A stretch of 55,979 nt of DNA from Caldilineae bacterium (GCA_037446815.1 JBBIHX010000006.1:1-55979), one strand, 5' to 3'; shown: positions 28,942-39,683, counted from the first letter of the stretch. The notes: a model not told the origin generated them from the sequence alone. Made by a program: numbers and translations.

Positions 28942-29635
28942 GCGCGCCCTGAACTGGCTGCTTCGGCTTGCGTTTCGGCTCCTGACGCGACTAGACGTGC
29001 AGGGGCTTGAAAACGTTCCCCTTCAAGGCCGCCAAATCCTCATGTTCAACCACGTCAACTTCCTGGACGCGCCGCTGGCGGCGGCCTTTTGGCCTCGTGA
29101 GGTGGAGGTGCTGACCAAAGTTGAGAATCTGCGGTCGTGGCTTCTGGGGCCGTTCATGCGGCTGTACGGCGCGTTTCCGGTCAACCGCGGCGAAGTGGAC
29201 CGGCGCGCGCTGACGCGGGCGACGTGGGTGCTGGAGAGCGAGCGGGTGCTTCTCATCTCCCCGGAGGGGACCCGGAGCAGGGGGAGGGGGCTGGGAAAAG
29301 CAAAGGACGGCATGGCGCTCCTCGCGGTCCGCACGAAGTCTCCCATCGTTCCGGTGGCGATCTGGGGTCAGGAGCAGGTGATCCCAAGCCTGCTGCGCCT
29401 GAGGCGTGCAGAATTGCACATGGTGGTGGGGAAGCCGTTTCGTTTCCGGTACGAGATGTCGGGCAAGATAGACCGCGATGCGATTCGCCAGATGACGGCC
29501 GAGGCCATGTACATCCTCGCGGCGATGCTGCCGGAGCGGTATCGCGGGGTCTACAGCAATCTCGCCGAGGCCACAACGCGGTATGTTGAGTATGACACCG
29601 AGCAGGATGTGCTGAGGCAGCACACGGCGGCATGA
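28931..29635 (+). CDS. plsC: 1-acyl-sn-glycerol-3-phosphate acyltransferase
   Basis: NH.NFLD and PEGTRS motifs. Confidence 0.85.
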   Translation: MWTRRALNWLLRLAFRLLTRLDVQGLENVPLQGRQILMFNHVNFLDAPLAAAFWPREVEVLTKVENLRSWLLGPFMRLYGAFPVNRGEVDRRALTRATWVLESERVLLISPEGTRSRGRGLGKAKDGMALLAVRTKSPIVPVAIWGQEQVIPSLLRLRRAELHMVVGKPFRFRYEMSGKIDRDAIRQMTAEAMYILAAMLPERYRGVYSNLAEATTRYVEYDTEQDVLRQHTAA

Positions 29636-30939
29636 GCACACAGGCGGTTTGCGGTCGGATCGTGGGCGTTGAGCCGAATAGCGTTGCCGGGCGTATGGGA
29701 TTGGCGCCCGGCGATTGCTTGATGGCCGTGAACGGTGTGCAGGTGCGCGATGTGATTGACGTACAGTTCTACTGCTCGGAAGAGGAACTGACGTTTGATT
29801 TCTTGCGCGACGGGCGCGTTCATACGGTTAGGGGTAGGCGCGACTACGGCGAGGAACTGGGCCTGGAGTTTGAGACCCCCCTCTTTGACGGCATCCGCAC
29901 GTGTCGTAACCGCTGCGAGTTCTGCTTCGTTGCACAGATGCCCCCAGGGTTGCGCAAGAGCCTGTACTTGCGCGATGACGATTACCGCCTATCCTTCCTG
30001 ACGGGCAGTTTTGTTACGCTCACAAACCTCACGGAGGCCGACTGGGAGCGCATCGGGACTCAGGGGTTGAGCCCTCTGTACGTCTCCGTCCATGCAACGG
30101 ATGCAGCGATCCGCGCCAGGCTGCTCGGCCGGACTCGCCTCCCGGACATTCGCGAGCAACTGGGACGCCTGGCCGCTCTCGGCGTGGAGGTTCACACGCA
30201 GGTGGTGCTGGTTCCCGGCGTGAACGACGGGGCGGTGCTGGAGCGGACGGTCGCAGACCTGGCGGCCCTGTATCCTTCGGTGGCGTCAGTCTCCCTAGTG
30301 CCGGTGGGTTTGACCCAGTTTCAGCGCGCGCCGATACGCCGGTATGCGCCCGATGAGGCGAGGGCACTTCTCGCGCAGATGAAGCCGTGGCGAGAGCAGT
30401 TCAGGCGCGAATGGGGGGTGAACTTCGTGTATCCGTCGGACGAGTTCTACCTCCTGTCCGGCGTAGGAGTGCCGAGAGCATTGGAGTATGACGGCTTCCC
30501 GCAGATTGAGAACGGCGTGGGACTCGTGCGGGTGTTTCTGGACGACTGGGACAAGGTGCGGCGTAGGCTGGCGAAGGGCAAAGAGTCCTTGCCGCGGGCC
30601 ATGACATGGGTTACGGGAAGCCTGTTCGCGCCCGTGCTCCAGCGGGTTGCCAAATGGCTAGGCGACGAATTGGACGTGCGGGTGGATGTCGTTTCTGTTC
30701 CCAACTGCTTCTTCGGGGAGATGGTTACCGTCGCGGGCCTGCTGACGGCGGCGGATGTGGTGGCGGCGCTCCGAGGGCATCGGCTAGGGGAGTGCGTTGT
30801 GTTGCCCAGGGCGATGCTGGATCACGAGGGCGCGCTGACCCTGGATGACCGCTCGCCGCAGTGGCTGGAGCAGGCGCTGGGGGTGCCGGTGGCATTTGCG
30901 GATGTTGTCAGGGATGTGGTGGCGGTGAGTTCGGCCTAG
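29632..30939 (+). CDS. PDZ-like plus radical SAM-like DUF512 protein
   Basis: CRNRCEFCFV.Q.P, DDDYRLSFL, QIENGVG, TVAGLL. Confidence 0.85.
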   Translation: MSTQAVCGRIVGVEPNSVAGRMGLAPGDCLMAVNGVQVRDVIDVQFYCSEEELTFDFLRDGRVHTVRGRRDYGEELGLEFETPLFDGIRTCRNRCEFCFVAQMPPGLRKSLYLRDDDYRLSFLTGSFVTLTNLTEADWERIGTQGLSPLYVSVHATDAAIRARLLGRTRLPDIREQLGRLAALGVEVHTQVVLVPGVNDGAVLERTVADLAALYPSVASVSLVPVGLTQFQRAPIRRYAPDEARALLAQMKPWREQFRREWGVNFVYPSDEFYLLSGVGVPRALEYDGFPQIENGVGLVRVFLDDWDKVRRRLAKGKESLPRAMTWVTGSLFAPVLQRVAKWLGDELDVRVDVVSVPNCFFGEMVTVAGLLTAADVVAALRGHRLGECVVLPRAMLDHEGALTLDDRSPQWLEQALGVPVAFADVVRDVVAVSSA

Positions 30940-31649
30940 CCTCTTTTCTGGAAAACCCTGGCTACAAATCCCGGACCCAAGCCCGGGACTTTGGAGCAAT
31001 CCTCCTCGTAGACTTGCTCCAGACCGAGCGACTGGAAAACTCGCCGATAGTTCCTTGGGAAATGCCTCCATGAGATGTGCTCTTCGTCCTCTACTGTGAT
31101 GAGTGTCTGTTTGGTAACGCGGACAATCTCACGAAACACCCACTCGCTATCAGAGTGTATGTGCTCAAGCACGGCCATCGTAAAGACGAGGTCAAACGAG
31201 TCTGTGGGCATATGCGGAAGTACATCTTCGGCTGCAACATTGTAAGTTCGTATATGTTGCGCCATCTCCGGAAACGTCGCCTTTAGCAGGCGAAGCGCAT
31301 CCTCGCTGATCTCAATGCCCGTGAGATTCGTGAATCCTGCGGAGAAGAGGCGATGTAGGTTCCGGCCCACGTTGCAGCCGATTTCAAGCACGGATGCGTC
31401 GGTGTCAGTATGTTGACGGACAAGGCGCAGTAGCAATTCGCTTCTTTCCTGCCCTTCCAAGTAGGTTTCTGGTGCATTGCGTCCGTCCCACGGGGACTTC
31501 CAATACTCTAGGAGCCTGTCGCGGCTCAGCGGCCTGTGGCGAACTGCGCGGTAGATGGGCCACCGCCGAAAGGCTCTGTACAGGCGTACAAGAACTTTCT
31601 TTACACGCGGGGGAATCACCTTCTTGAGCGACGCAAAGCGAAGATTCAT
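30936..31649 (-). CDS. Class I SAM-dependent methyltransferase
   Basis: VLEIGCNVG, GIEIS, FDLVFTMAVLEH. Confidence 0.82.
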   Translation of the reverse strand: MNLRFASLKKVIPPRVKKVLVRLYRAFRRWPIYRAVRHRPLSRDRLLEYWKSPWDGRNAPETYLEGQERSELLLRLVRQHTDTDASVLEIGCNVGRNLHRLFSAGFTNLTGIEISEDALRLLKATFPEMAQHIRTYNVAAEDVLPHMPTDSFDLVFTMAVLEHIHSDSEWVFREIVRVTKQTLITVEDEEHISWRHFPRNYRRVFQSLGLEQVYEEDCSKVPGLGPGFVARVFQKRG

Positions 31650-31825
31650 GTCCGGTTGCCTCCGAAATTTACGGTGCTGGGTGCGTGTTCCAGCCGCGCG
31701 GCAATCTTCTCGCAACTGAACATTCGGCATACGGCACGCGATGGCGAGGCCCTCTGCGCACCTTGTCGGGCCAGTAGTGCCTATTGTATGGGTGGCGCAT
31801 CGGCTGTCAAGATTCTGGCGGAACC

Positions 31826-31976
31826 GACTCGGCTCCAAATTCTGTTGGTATTTTGTCATTGCAAGGGCGCGGAGCGCCCGAAGCAATCCCCGGGGTGTGG
31901 GATTGCTTCACTTCGTTCGCAATGACACACGAGGAGAGTGCGTCTACGGTTCACCAACGCAGTTTGAAACCGAATC
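31826..31976. mobile_element. 151-bp MITE-like element with 8-bp target duplication
   Basis: TIRs GACTCGGCTCCAAATTCTGTTGGT / ACCAACGCAGTTTGAAACCGAATC; GCGGAACC at 31818-31825 and 31977-31984; palindromic core GTCATTGC..GCAATGAC. Confidence 0.8.
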
Positions 31977-32000
31977 GCGGAACCGTCGCACGGTATCAAG

Positions 32001-32043
32001 CAACAAAGGCGAGAGCCAGTGCTCATGGAGCCTGGCTCTCGCC
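32001..32043 (-). terminator. Intrinsic terminator
   Basis: GGCGAGAGCCAG/CTGGCTCTCGCC stem followed by TTTGTTG on the minus strand. Confidence 0.7.
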
Positions 32044-32068
32044 GGTTACATGTTTTTGGACGTCGGGT

Positions 32069-34513
32069 TTAGGGGGTGATTTGGATGGAACCCGCGTAAC
32101 GCCAGGAATCAATCCAGTCAAACACATCTTGCGCGTACAGGTAAACGTTCTTGGTGGTGTTGGCCATGGGCGACTTGAATTCCAGGTTCCAGGTTACACT
32201 GATTTGGTCGCCGATCTTGCTCACCGAGCAGCCCTGCCCGTGCACTATGACCCAGCTGTTCTCCAGGTCTTGGGCCGCACCAGGCGTGATTGGCCCAATC
32301 CACGCACCTGAGTCGTTCTTGATCCTGATCTGGTTGGCTGATACATGATAGTATCCATAGAGTGACTGGGTTGTCCCAGCAGGAGTGGATGCAATGTTTA
32401 GGAACACGTACTTGATACCCGCCCAACCCTCGGGATCGGTATACGTAACCGTGTACGAGTAGGGTGTCCCAACGGCCTGGACGTTGCTGGAGGGCGTTAC
32501 TCCACCGGTTCCCGGCCACATGTTGACCCTATGCCAGCCCTTTTCTACCCAGCCTGTGTCGTTGCCCGCGTCATCGGTGGCTCTCACGAAAATGCGGTAG
32601 TGTTGGCTCTGGCCCAATCCTTTGAAGATGATCTCGGGATACAAGTCCAGGTAGTTCCCTGAATAGGGCGCTGCCCGTGTCTTGGATACGTCCAGGGTGC
32701 CGTTCTTGTTGGAAATCTTGACACTGGTCCCAGGGGTGTAGCCCCCAAGCCATACGGTGTCGTCAGAATCGCGGAGGTAGACGCGGTTCGTATCCTGGTC
32801 GTAGCGCACGTAAATGGCATTTTGCGTAGAGCCCGTCATGCTAAAGAGGACGTAGATTTGGGATAGGTGAGCGTATCCAGATGGGTCGCTGACCTGCGCG
32901 CGGAAGTTCCATCCCCAGCCGGGTGCCCGGTTACCCTGAGCCGGAGCGAACGTCCCGATGGTGGGCATCGCATTCGGAGAGGGAAGCCGATTCACACCTG
33001 GCCTGCGTGGAGGCATGGAGGTCGGGCTCCCCTCGTCATCATCGGTCGGGACCAGGGCGACGTTGGTGTACGATGGTAGTTTGTCAGGAGCGACCATCCC
33101 ACTCAGAGGGGAGTCGGGATCCATGTCCGGTGTTCGGTAGATGGGCCTGAAGTCGGGGCCTGCATCCAGCGGGATGGGCGCTTCTGGCTCGGGGCCGACC
33201 CCCTGTGGCAGGGACATCGCGCTGCCTGATCCGACGGTCCACTGTCCGATAAGAACAAAGCCATCCTGGAAGTTCTGATTGTCATACACGTATCCCCAGA
33301 TGTCCTTGACGCCTTCGGTTCCCGGCTTGAACGTAATGTTCCAGTTGACCGTCAAGACTTTCGCAGTCTGGGATGCCGAGGATGCGCCAACGTTGAGGAT
33401 CGCATATGGCGTTTCTATGGTTCCGGGCGTTCCTATCACCAAACCGCCTATCCAGGAACTGCCGTTGTAGACGTACACCTTGCCAGTGCTCACCTGGTAG
33501 TATGCTCTGAAATGCTCTGTGTACGGTGATGTCTGCATCGTGGCACGAATGAAGGCAGTCTTGAGCGTGTTCGCGCCGTCTTCGTCAGAGTAGGTAATTG
33601 TGAATGTCTGGGGCGTGTTTACCGCCACCGTGCCCGATGCCGGCGTGAGGCCACCCACGTTCGGGAACATGTTGACGCGCCACGTTCCCAGATTCACCCA
33701 GCCTGTGGACTGGGAAAGGGAGTCCACTGCCTTGAGGTATGCCTTCCAGTTGACCGAAGTCGCGGGCTGTTTGGGGATGAGTCCCCAGTTCACGCGAACT
33801 TGCGTGGTCGTCGTAACGACAGTGGTCTGAGAGACATCCAGGGTAAGGTTTGTGTTGGAGAGTTGCACGTCCGTGCCAGGCGCGAAACCGCCTACCCAAT
33901 CTGTATTCGTGTCATTCCGTATGTAAAGCTTGCGTTCAAGCACACTGTACCGGCACTGCTGGATATTGTCAGTGGCGCTCGTGTTCCACATGAAATACAC
34001 ATCGCGCAAGTCTCCAGAGCCGTTGGGATCTTCGTACACGGCCTGAAAGGAGCGGAAGAAGTCCGGCATACTTGTGTAGCCCGAGGGACTCACAGAAACC
34101 GCCGACGGTGGTAGGTTCACCGTCAGATTGATCTCCACGTCTGTGCCCTCGTGCCAGGTGCCGGTTTGGTCCGTTAGGGCGCCACCGACCTTGAACACGA
34201 TGGTATCCCCCTCGTTGCCACCCTCTATGGTGCCGGGCGTGGACGGGTCGTCGCCGGGCACGGTGATGGTGTACACCGAGACTTGCTGAGAGTTGATGGT
34301 GGTCATGAAGGTGGTGGTCTCGGCATATTTGACCCCGTTGATCCAGGCGGACAGAAGGGTACCGTTAGGAACGTTCTGCCCATTCTGGGTTACCGTGCCG
34401 TAGAACGCCGACGGCAACCGGGGAGGCTGATCGGCTGCGACGGGGAGGATGACGGACAGCATCAGGAAAAGCGCGAGGACAAGTCCAAGTCTGGATCGTT
34501 TTTGTGCCATCAT
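32069..34513 (-). CDS. Secreted/surface protein with four ~150-aa beta-rich repeats
   Basis: Signal peptide ending PVAA; recurring D(P/E).G...L, W.G...(P/I)G and W..G.W motifs. Confidence 0.8.
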   Translation of the reverse strand: MMAQKRSRLGLVLALFLMLSVILPVAADQPPRLPSAFYGTVTQNGQNVPNGTLLSAWINGVKYAETTTFMTTINSQQVSVYTITVPGDDPSTPGTIEGGNEGDTIVFKVGGALTDQTGTWHEGTDVEINLTVNLPPSAVSVSPSGYTSMPDFFRSFQAVYEDPNGSGDLRDVYFMWNTSATDNIQQCRYSVLERKLYIRNDTNTDWVGGFAPGTDVQLSNTNLTLDVSQTTVVTTTTQVRVNWGLIPKQPATSVNWKAYLKAVDSLSQSTGWVNLGTWRVNMFPNVGGLTPASGTVAVNTPQTFTITYSDEDGANTLKTAFIRATMQTSPYTEHFRAYYQVSTGKVYVYNGSSWIGGLVIGTPGTIETPYAILNVGASSASQTAKVLTVNWNITFKPGTEGVKDIWGYVYDNQNFQDGFVLIGQWTVGSGSAMSLPQGVGPEPEAPIPLDAGPDFRPIYRTPDMDPDSPLSGMVAPDKLPSYTNVALVPTDDDEGSPTSMPPRRPGVNRLPSPNAMPTIGTFAPAQGNRAPGWGWNFRAQVSDPSGYAHLSQIYVLFSMTGSTQNAIYVRYDQDTNRVYLRDSDDTVWLGGYTPGTSVKISNKNGTLDVSKTRAAPYSGNYLDLYPEIIFKGLGQSQHYRIFVRATDDAGNDTGWVEKGWHRVNMWPGTGGVTPSSNVQAVGTPYSYTVTYTDPEGWAGIKYVFLNIASTPAGTTQSLYGYYHVSANQIRIKNDSGAWIGPITPGAAQDLENSWVIVHGQGCSVSKIGDQISVTWNLEFKSPMANTTKNVYLYAQDVFDWIDSWRYAGSIQITP

Positions 34514-34582
34514 AGGAGGGCTCCTCAACCAACATGATATTGCGCAGGCAAGCACGGCCTGCAATCTGCCAGATTCACTGAC

Positions 34583-34611
34583 AGTATAACTTCGCCTTAG
34601 CCAGTCTTCAA
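34583..34611 (-). promoter_or_regulatory. Sigma70 promoter
   Basis: TTGAAG-17-TATACT on the minus strand. Confidence 0.6.
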
Positions 34612-34671
34612 TAGGAAAATGGTACCGCGAACTCTGTAAAGGAAAACTGGTCGGGAAGCGAAAAGATACGG

Positions 34672-35538
34672 TTAGGATGAGTCCCCGTTCCTGTCCGCTG
34701 GGGACTCCGACGGCGTCAGGATGGGGCCCGCAAGTTCGTAGTGGCCGAAGGGCGGCATGACGCACACTCCGTGGAAACGCAACTGTCGCGCCGCCAGCAC
34801 CAGGCCGCGCGCAATGGATATGCCCTCGCGCACGGCGTCATCGGCGTTCACCATGCGTCGCCGAATGGACTCTTGGATGCTGATGCCCGGCACGTTGTTG
34901 TGCAGGTAGTTGGCGTGAGCGGCTGAATAGAGCGGTAGGACGCCCACGATCACCGGCACCGCGTGTGCGGTCATCAGCGGGCTCATGTCGGCCAGCACGT
35001 CGGGGCTGAATATGGGCTGGGTGATGATAAAGGCCGCGCCTGCCGCAATCTTGCGCTCCAGTTTCCGCAACTCGGCAGTACGCACGCCGGGCAGAGGGTC
35101 AAAGACGGCTCCCACAACCTGGCCCATCTCCACGCACAGCCGGATGAGGTCCGGCACCGACATGTCCTTCACCGGTTTCGCAGCCGCCCGGTCCGAAAAC
35201 TGGACTGGATCTCCCGACACCGCGAGGTGATGGCGGATGCCGACGGCCTTTGCCCCCAGGATGTCGGATTCCAGAGCGATTCGGTTCCGATCCCGCACGG
35301 TGAGATGTACGATGGCGTCCAGGCCCGTCGTTGCGCGGAGAACGGATGCCAGTATGGTCGGACTCATGCGCGGTCGCGCCATGGGCGAGTCGGCGATGTT
35401 GAGGAAGTGAACCACGTTGGGCGGGAGGGCCTGCAATCGTTCTACGATACGGGAGGGGTTATGCCCTCTAGGCGGGAGCACCTCCAGGCAGTGCACGAAG
35501 GTGCTCGCCGCCAACTGGGGTAGTGTTCGCATAGGCAT
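34672..35538 (-). CDS. Methylenetetrahydrofolate reductase-like (YitJ C-terminal type)
   Basis: IADSPMA.PRMS, HLT.RDRN, SGDP, AGA.FIITQP, LHN.VPGI. Confidence 0.82.
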   Translation of the reverse strand: MPMRTLPQLAASTFVHCLEVLPPRGHNPSRIVERLQALPPNVVHFLNIADSPMARPRMSPTILASVLRATTGLDAIVHLTVRDRNRIALESDILGAKAVGIRHHLAVSGDPVQFSDRAAAKPVKDMSVPDLIRLCVEMGQVVGAVFDPLPGVRTAELRKLERKIAAGAAFIITQPIFSPDVLADMSPLMTAHAVPVIVGVLPLYSAAHANYLHNNVPGISIQESIRRRMVNADDAVREGISIARGLVLAARQLRFHGVCVMPPFGHYELAGPILTPSESPADRNGDSS

Positions 35539-35552
35539 GTGCAGGGCCGGGT

Positions 35553-36767
35553 TTACAATAGAGACTTCAGGTCAAAGTCATCGCGGAGCATCTGTTCCGC
35601 GGCGGACTCCACCGGGGCCGCGCGGTTCACAAGCCGGGTCATGATGGTTACGCTCTTTCGGTCTCCCAGCAGGATCGCCCCTACCAGGTTCCCATCCTTG
35701 AAGACGAGTTTCTTGTACAAACCTTGCGCTGGGTCTTCGCGGCGATAGGCGGTGTAGCCCGGTTCCTCTGGGTTCACGAGGCCAATGGAGGTCAGGTCTA
35801 CGCCCATGACCTTGAGCGTATTGATAGGAGTCGTCCCTGTGTAGGTTTGGCTCTGGGGCTGAACCATGTTCGCAGCGGCGACCCGCGCCTGTTCTATGGC
35901 TGCAGGTATGATGCCGTAGATGCGCTCGCGGAACTCGGCGACGTCGCCCGCAACATAGATGTGCGGGTCGCTGGTCTGCATGTATTCGTTGGCCAGGACC
36001 CCGCGATTCACGGTCAGACCGGCATCCTTCGCCAACTGAAGTTTGGGGCGAATGCCGGCAGAAAACAGGGCCATGTCGCAGGGGATGGTCCTCCCTTCTT
36101 TGAGTTGCACGCCCTCGGCACTCTCGGCACCAACGATGGCTTCAACGGTGGCGCCTGTGATGACCGAGATGCCCATCCGCTCAATCAGTTGTGTAAGAAT
36201 CGCGGCACCTTCGGCATCCAGTTGGCGGGGGAGGAGGCGCGGGAACACCTCAATGACGGTTACGTGAAGGCCCAAAGCACTGAGGCCGCGCGCGCTCTCT
36301 AGGCCGAGTAACCCGCCTCCGATAACAACTGCGGCCCGTTTGTCTTTCGCATAGTTACGGATGGCGACTGCGTCATCAAGGGTACGGAGGGTGAAACATC
36401 CTCTAACAGCGGCGTTGGCGATGGGCGGAACGAACGAGTATCCGCCGCAGGCCAACAGCAGGGCATCGTACGGAACTTCTTCGCCCGACTCCAATGCGAT
36501 CGCCTTGCGCGCCGGCAGAATCTGCCTCACGCCCGCGTCCAGGTGCACTTCAATGCCGCGCTTCGTGTACCACGATTCGGAGTAGGGGTAGAGTTCTTCC
36601 TGGCTGTATCTTCCGGCTAGGAAGTCGGGAAGCCATGGGCGGCGATAGTAGGGATATTTCTCATCGGTGTAGACGCTGATGTGCGCGCCTGGATCATTCT
36701 CCGCCAGCGTGGCCGCTGCGCTTACGCCGGCGATGCCGTTGCCGATAATGACGTACTGCCGAGTCAT
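35553..36767 (-). CDS. NAD(P)/FAD oxidoreductase (NADH:rubredoxin reductase/NirB N-terminal-like)
   Basis: IGNGIAG, IGGGLLGLE, AGDVAE, TLKV.G.DL.SIG. Confidence 0.88.
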   Translation of the reverse strand: MTRQYVIIGNGIAGVSAAATLAENDPGAHISVYTDEKYPYYRRPWLPDFLAGRYSQEELYPYSESWYTKRGIEVHLDAGVRQILPARKAIALESGEEVPYDALLLACGGYSFVPPIANAAVRGCFTLRTLDDAVAIRNYAKDKRAAVVIGGGLLGLESARGLSALGLHVTVIEVFPRLLPRQLDAEGAAILTQLIERMGISVITGATVEAIVGAESAEGVQLKEGRTIPCDMALFSAGIRPKLQLAKDAGLTVNRGVLANEYMQTSDPHIYVAGDVAEFRERIYGIIPAAIEQARVAAANMVQPQSQTYTGTTPINTLKVMGVDLTSIGLVNPEEPGYTAYRREDPAQGLYKKLVFKDGNLVGAILLGDRKSVTIMTRLVNRAAPVESAAEQMLRDDFDLKSLL

Positions 36768-36886
36768 GCCCTTCCTCCGCGGTGGGATTTCGGTGAAGCG
36801 TGCCGTGAGTGTACCATGGGGATACGGGCCTGTCAACCTTGTCCCGAGCGGGCGTGCATGGTATACTTGTTTGGGAGGTTGGGTCA

Positions 36887-38242
36887 ATGAGACCAGATGT
36901 GGTTACTGTGGTGGGTGCGGGCCTCGCGGGGTCAGAGGCGGCGTGGCAACTCGCCCGTCGCGGCATCAGGGTGCGCCTCTATGAGATGCGCCCCACAGTC
37001 ATGACCCCCGCGCATCGCACGGACAAGTTCGCCGAGTTGGTGTGTAGCAACTCGCTGGGGTCGGACCTGCCGGATCGCGCCCTGGGGTTGCTCAAGCGCG
37101 AACTGGAGATGCTGGGCTCCCTCATCATCCGCTGCGCGCGGGAGACGGCGGTGCCCGCCGGCGGCGCGCTGGCCGTTGGCAGGGAGGAGTTCTCCGCCAG
37201 GGTTACCGAGGCTGTGCAAACGCACCGTCTGGTAGAAGTGGTGCGCGAGGAAGTGCGGGAGATACCGCAGGGGGTAACCATCACCGCGACAGGCCCGCTC
37301 ACGAGCGATGCGTTGGCGCGCCGGATCGCCGAGGTTGTGGGCGCGGCGCAGTTGAGTTTCTTTGACGCGATGGCGCCCATTGTAGCAGCGGATTCTATTG
37401 ACATGTCGGTGGCCTTTGCGGCCTCGCGGTATGGGCGCGGGGATGACGATTACATCAACTGCCCCATGACGAAAGAGGAGTACGACCGTTTCGTGGAGGC
37501 CCTGGTGTCGGCGGAGACCATCCCCCTGCGGGATTTTGAGGCTGCGGACAAGCGGTTCTTTGAAGCCTGCTTGCCTGTAGAGGAAATCGCGCGTCGGGGG
37601 CATGACGCGCTGGCGTTCGGCCCGCTCCGACCGGTAGGGCTGAAGGATCCGCGCACGGGGCGGAGGCCCTATGCGGTGGTGCAATTGCGCCAGGACGATC
37701 TGGCAGCCACGTTGTACAACATCGTCGGGTTCCAGACGAACCTGCGCTGGCCCGAGCAGGAGCGGGTGTTCCGGATGATCCCGGGGCTTGAGCATGCGCG
37801 GTTTGTGCGCTATGGGCAGATGCATCGGAATACCTTTCTGAATTCGCCGGCGGTGTTGAAGGCGACGCTGCAGAGCAGGGTGAGGGGGGATTTGTTCTTC
37901 GCGGGTCAAATCACGGGAACCGAGGGATACGTGGGGTCTACGGCCTCCGGCCTTGTGGCGGGGATGAACGCTGCGCGATACGTGCGGGGTGAGCCGTTGT
38001 TGGAGTTCCCTCCCGACACGATGGTGGGGGCGTTGCTGCGCTACATCTCCACTCCCGCTGCACAGGAGTTCCAGCCGATGAAGGCGAACTTCGGATTGCT
38101 GCCGCCGCTGGAGGGCGCGATGGGGAAGCGCCTGCGCTACCGCGAATACGCGGCGAGGGCGCTGGCGTCGCTGCAGGCGTATCTTGCAGCCAGCGGCGAG
38201 GATGTCTGCGCGGTTACCGTCGAGCCTCAGAGGGTTGAGTAG
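36887..38242 (+). CDS. trmFO: Folate-dependent tRNA m5U54 methyltransferase
   Basis: [39 protein letters not shown]. Confidence 0.95.
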   Translation: MRPDVVTVVGAGLAGSEAAWQLARRGIRVRLYEMRPTVMTPAHRTDKFAELVCSNSLGSDLPDRALGLLKRELEMLGSLIIRCARETAVPAGGALAVGREEFSARVTEAVQTHRLVEVVREEVREIPQGVTITATGPLTSDALARRIAEVVGAAQLSFFDAMAPIVAADSIDMSVAFAASRYGRGDDDYINCPMTKEEYDRFVEALVSAETIPLRDFEAADKRFFEACLPVEEIARRGHDALAFGPLRPVGLKDPRTGRRPYAVVQLRQDDLAATLYNIVGFQTNLRWPEQERVFRMIPGLEHARFVRYGQMHRNTFLNSPAVLKATLQSRVRGDLFFAGQITGTEGYVGSTASGLVAGMNAARYVRGEPLLEFPPDTMVGALLRYISTPAAQEFQPMKANFGLLPPLEGAMGKRLRYREYAARALASLQAYLAASGEDVCAVTVEPQRVE

Positions 38243-39211
38243 ATGACTTCGCATAGTCATAGCCGAGGCAGAATTAGGCTCCACGGCGGATTGTTCTTGA
38301 AACGGGTCAAGTGCTATGCGAAGTCTGTGGGACTGGTTTGGGGTCTTGCGTGGCTTGTGCTGGTGAGCGTGGCGTGTCAGGGTAGGACCGGGGTTCACCC
38401 GAATGCCCAGTTTGATGGGGCGAGGGCCTACAACCACGTCCGGGCGCAGGTGGCGCTGGGGCCGCGGCCCGTGGGTAGCGAATCACTTGTCAAGACAGCC
38501 GAGTACATTGAATCCTATCTGGCCTCGGTGGGTTGGCGCCCGACGAGGGTGGTGGGGGAGTTCCGAGGGACTACGATCCTGAACATCCTGGCAGAACCGG
38601 CCGAGCGCAAGGAAGCGACCGCCGGGAAGATTCTCATCGGCGCGCACTACGATACGCGACCTGTGGCGGATCGCGATCCGGTTGCGGCTCGGCGCAACGA
38701 GCCTATTCTGGGAGCGAATGACGGGGCAAGCGGCGTTGCGGTTCTTTTGGAGTTGGCGCGTGTGTATGACCCTGCGCGTAGCCGCTACGATGTGGTGCTG
38801 GCGTTCTTTGACGGCGAAGACAGAGGGGGCATAGAGGGCTGGCCTTTCTCGGTAGGCGCCGAGATTGTGGCGGACCGATTGGCCCCGACGCTGTCGGCGA
38901 TGATTCTCGTGGATATGGTCGGCGATAGCGACCTCCGGATTTTCTACGAGGGCAACTCGGATCCACGACTTATGGCGGAGATATGGGAGGTCGCCCGCCA
39001 ACTTGGATACGGGGACTGGTTCGTCCCAGAGGTGCGGTATACCCTCATGGATGACCACGTTCCGTTCGTGCGGCGCGGCGTGCCTGCAGTAGACCTCATT
39101 GACTTTGACTACGCCTACTGGCACACCACGGCAGATACGGCGGACAAGGTCGCGCCGCCGAGTTTGGAGATCGTTGGGAGAGTCCTGCTACAGCACCTAT
39201 ATGCGCGTTAG
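38243..39211 (+). CDS. M28 peptidase/glutaminyl cyclase-like lipoprotein
   Basis: SVAC lipobox, AHYDTR, GANDGASG, FDGED, DDH.PF, WHT. Confidence 0.82.
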   Translation: MTSHSHSRGRIRLHGGLFLKRVKCYAKSVGLVWGLAWLVLVSVACQGRTGVHPNAQFDGARAYNHVRAQVALGPRPVGSESLVKTAEYIESYLASVGWRPTRVVGEFRGTTILNILAEPAERKEATAGKILIGAHYDTRPVADRDPVAARRNEPILGANDGASGVAVLLELARVYDPARSRYDVVLAFFDGEDRGGIEGWPFSVGAEIVADRLAPTLSAMILVDMVGDSDLRIFYEGNSDPRLMAEIWEVARQLGYGDWFVPEVRYTLMDDHVPFVRRGVPAVDLIDFDYAYWHTTADTADKVAPPSLEIVGRVLLQHLYAR

Positions 39212-39218
39212 GGTTGCG

Positions 39219-39683
39219 CTAGAATTCCTCGCCTCGGCCTTTGAGGGCGCGGCGAATGGCGCGTTCTGAGTCCCGCTTCGCGATGGAGTCCCGCTTGTCG
39301 TACAGTTTCTTGCCTTTCGCCAGGGCGATTTCCACCTTGGCGCGTCTGGCTTTGATGTACATGCGAAGGGGCACGAGGGTGTACCCGCGCTCTTGGGCCT
39401 TGCTCTGAAGGCGCAGGATTTCGCGTTTGTGCATGAGCAATTTGCGCGGGCGCTTCGGGTCATGGTTGGCGCGGTTGCCGTGTTCATAGGGGCTGATGTG
39501 GGCATTCTGCAGCCAGAGTTCGCCGTCCTTGATTTGGGCGAAACTGTCGCGCAGGTTGACGCGACCCGCACGCACAGACTTGATCTCCGTGCCGGTGAGG
39601 GCAATGCCTGCCTCAAACGTTTCCTCTATGAAGTAGTCGTGGTAGGCTTTTCGGTTTGTCGCAACAGTCTTGGTATCTTCCAT
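39219..39683 (-). CDS. smpB: SsrA-binding protein
   Basis: [29 protein letters not shown]. Confidence 0.96.
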   Translation of the reverse strand: MEDTKTVATNRKAYHDYFIEETFEAGIALTGTEIKSVRAGRVNLRDSFAQIKDGELWLQNAHISPYEHGNRANHDPKRPRKLLMHKREILRLQSKAQERGYTLVPLRMYIKARRAKVEIALAKGKKLYDKRDSIAKRDSERAIRRALKGRGEEF

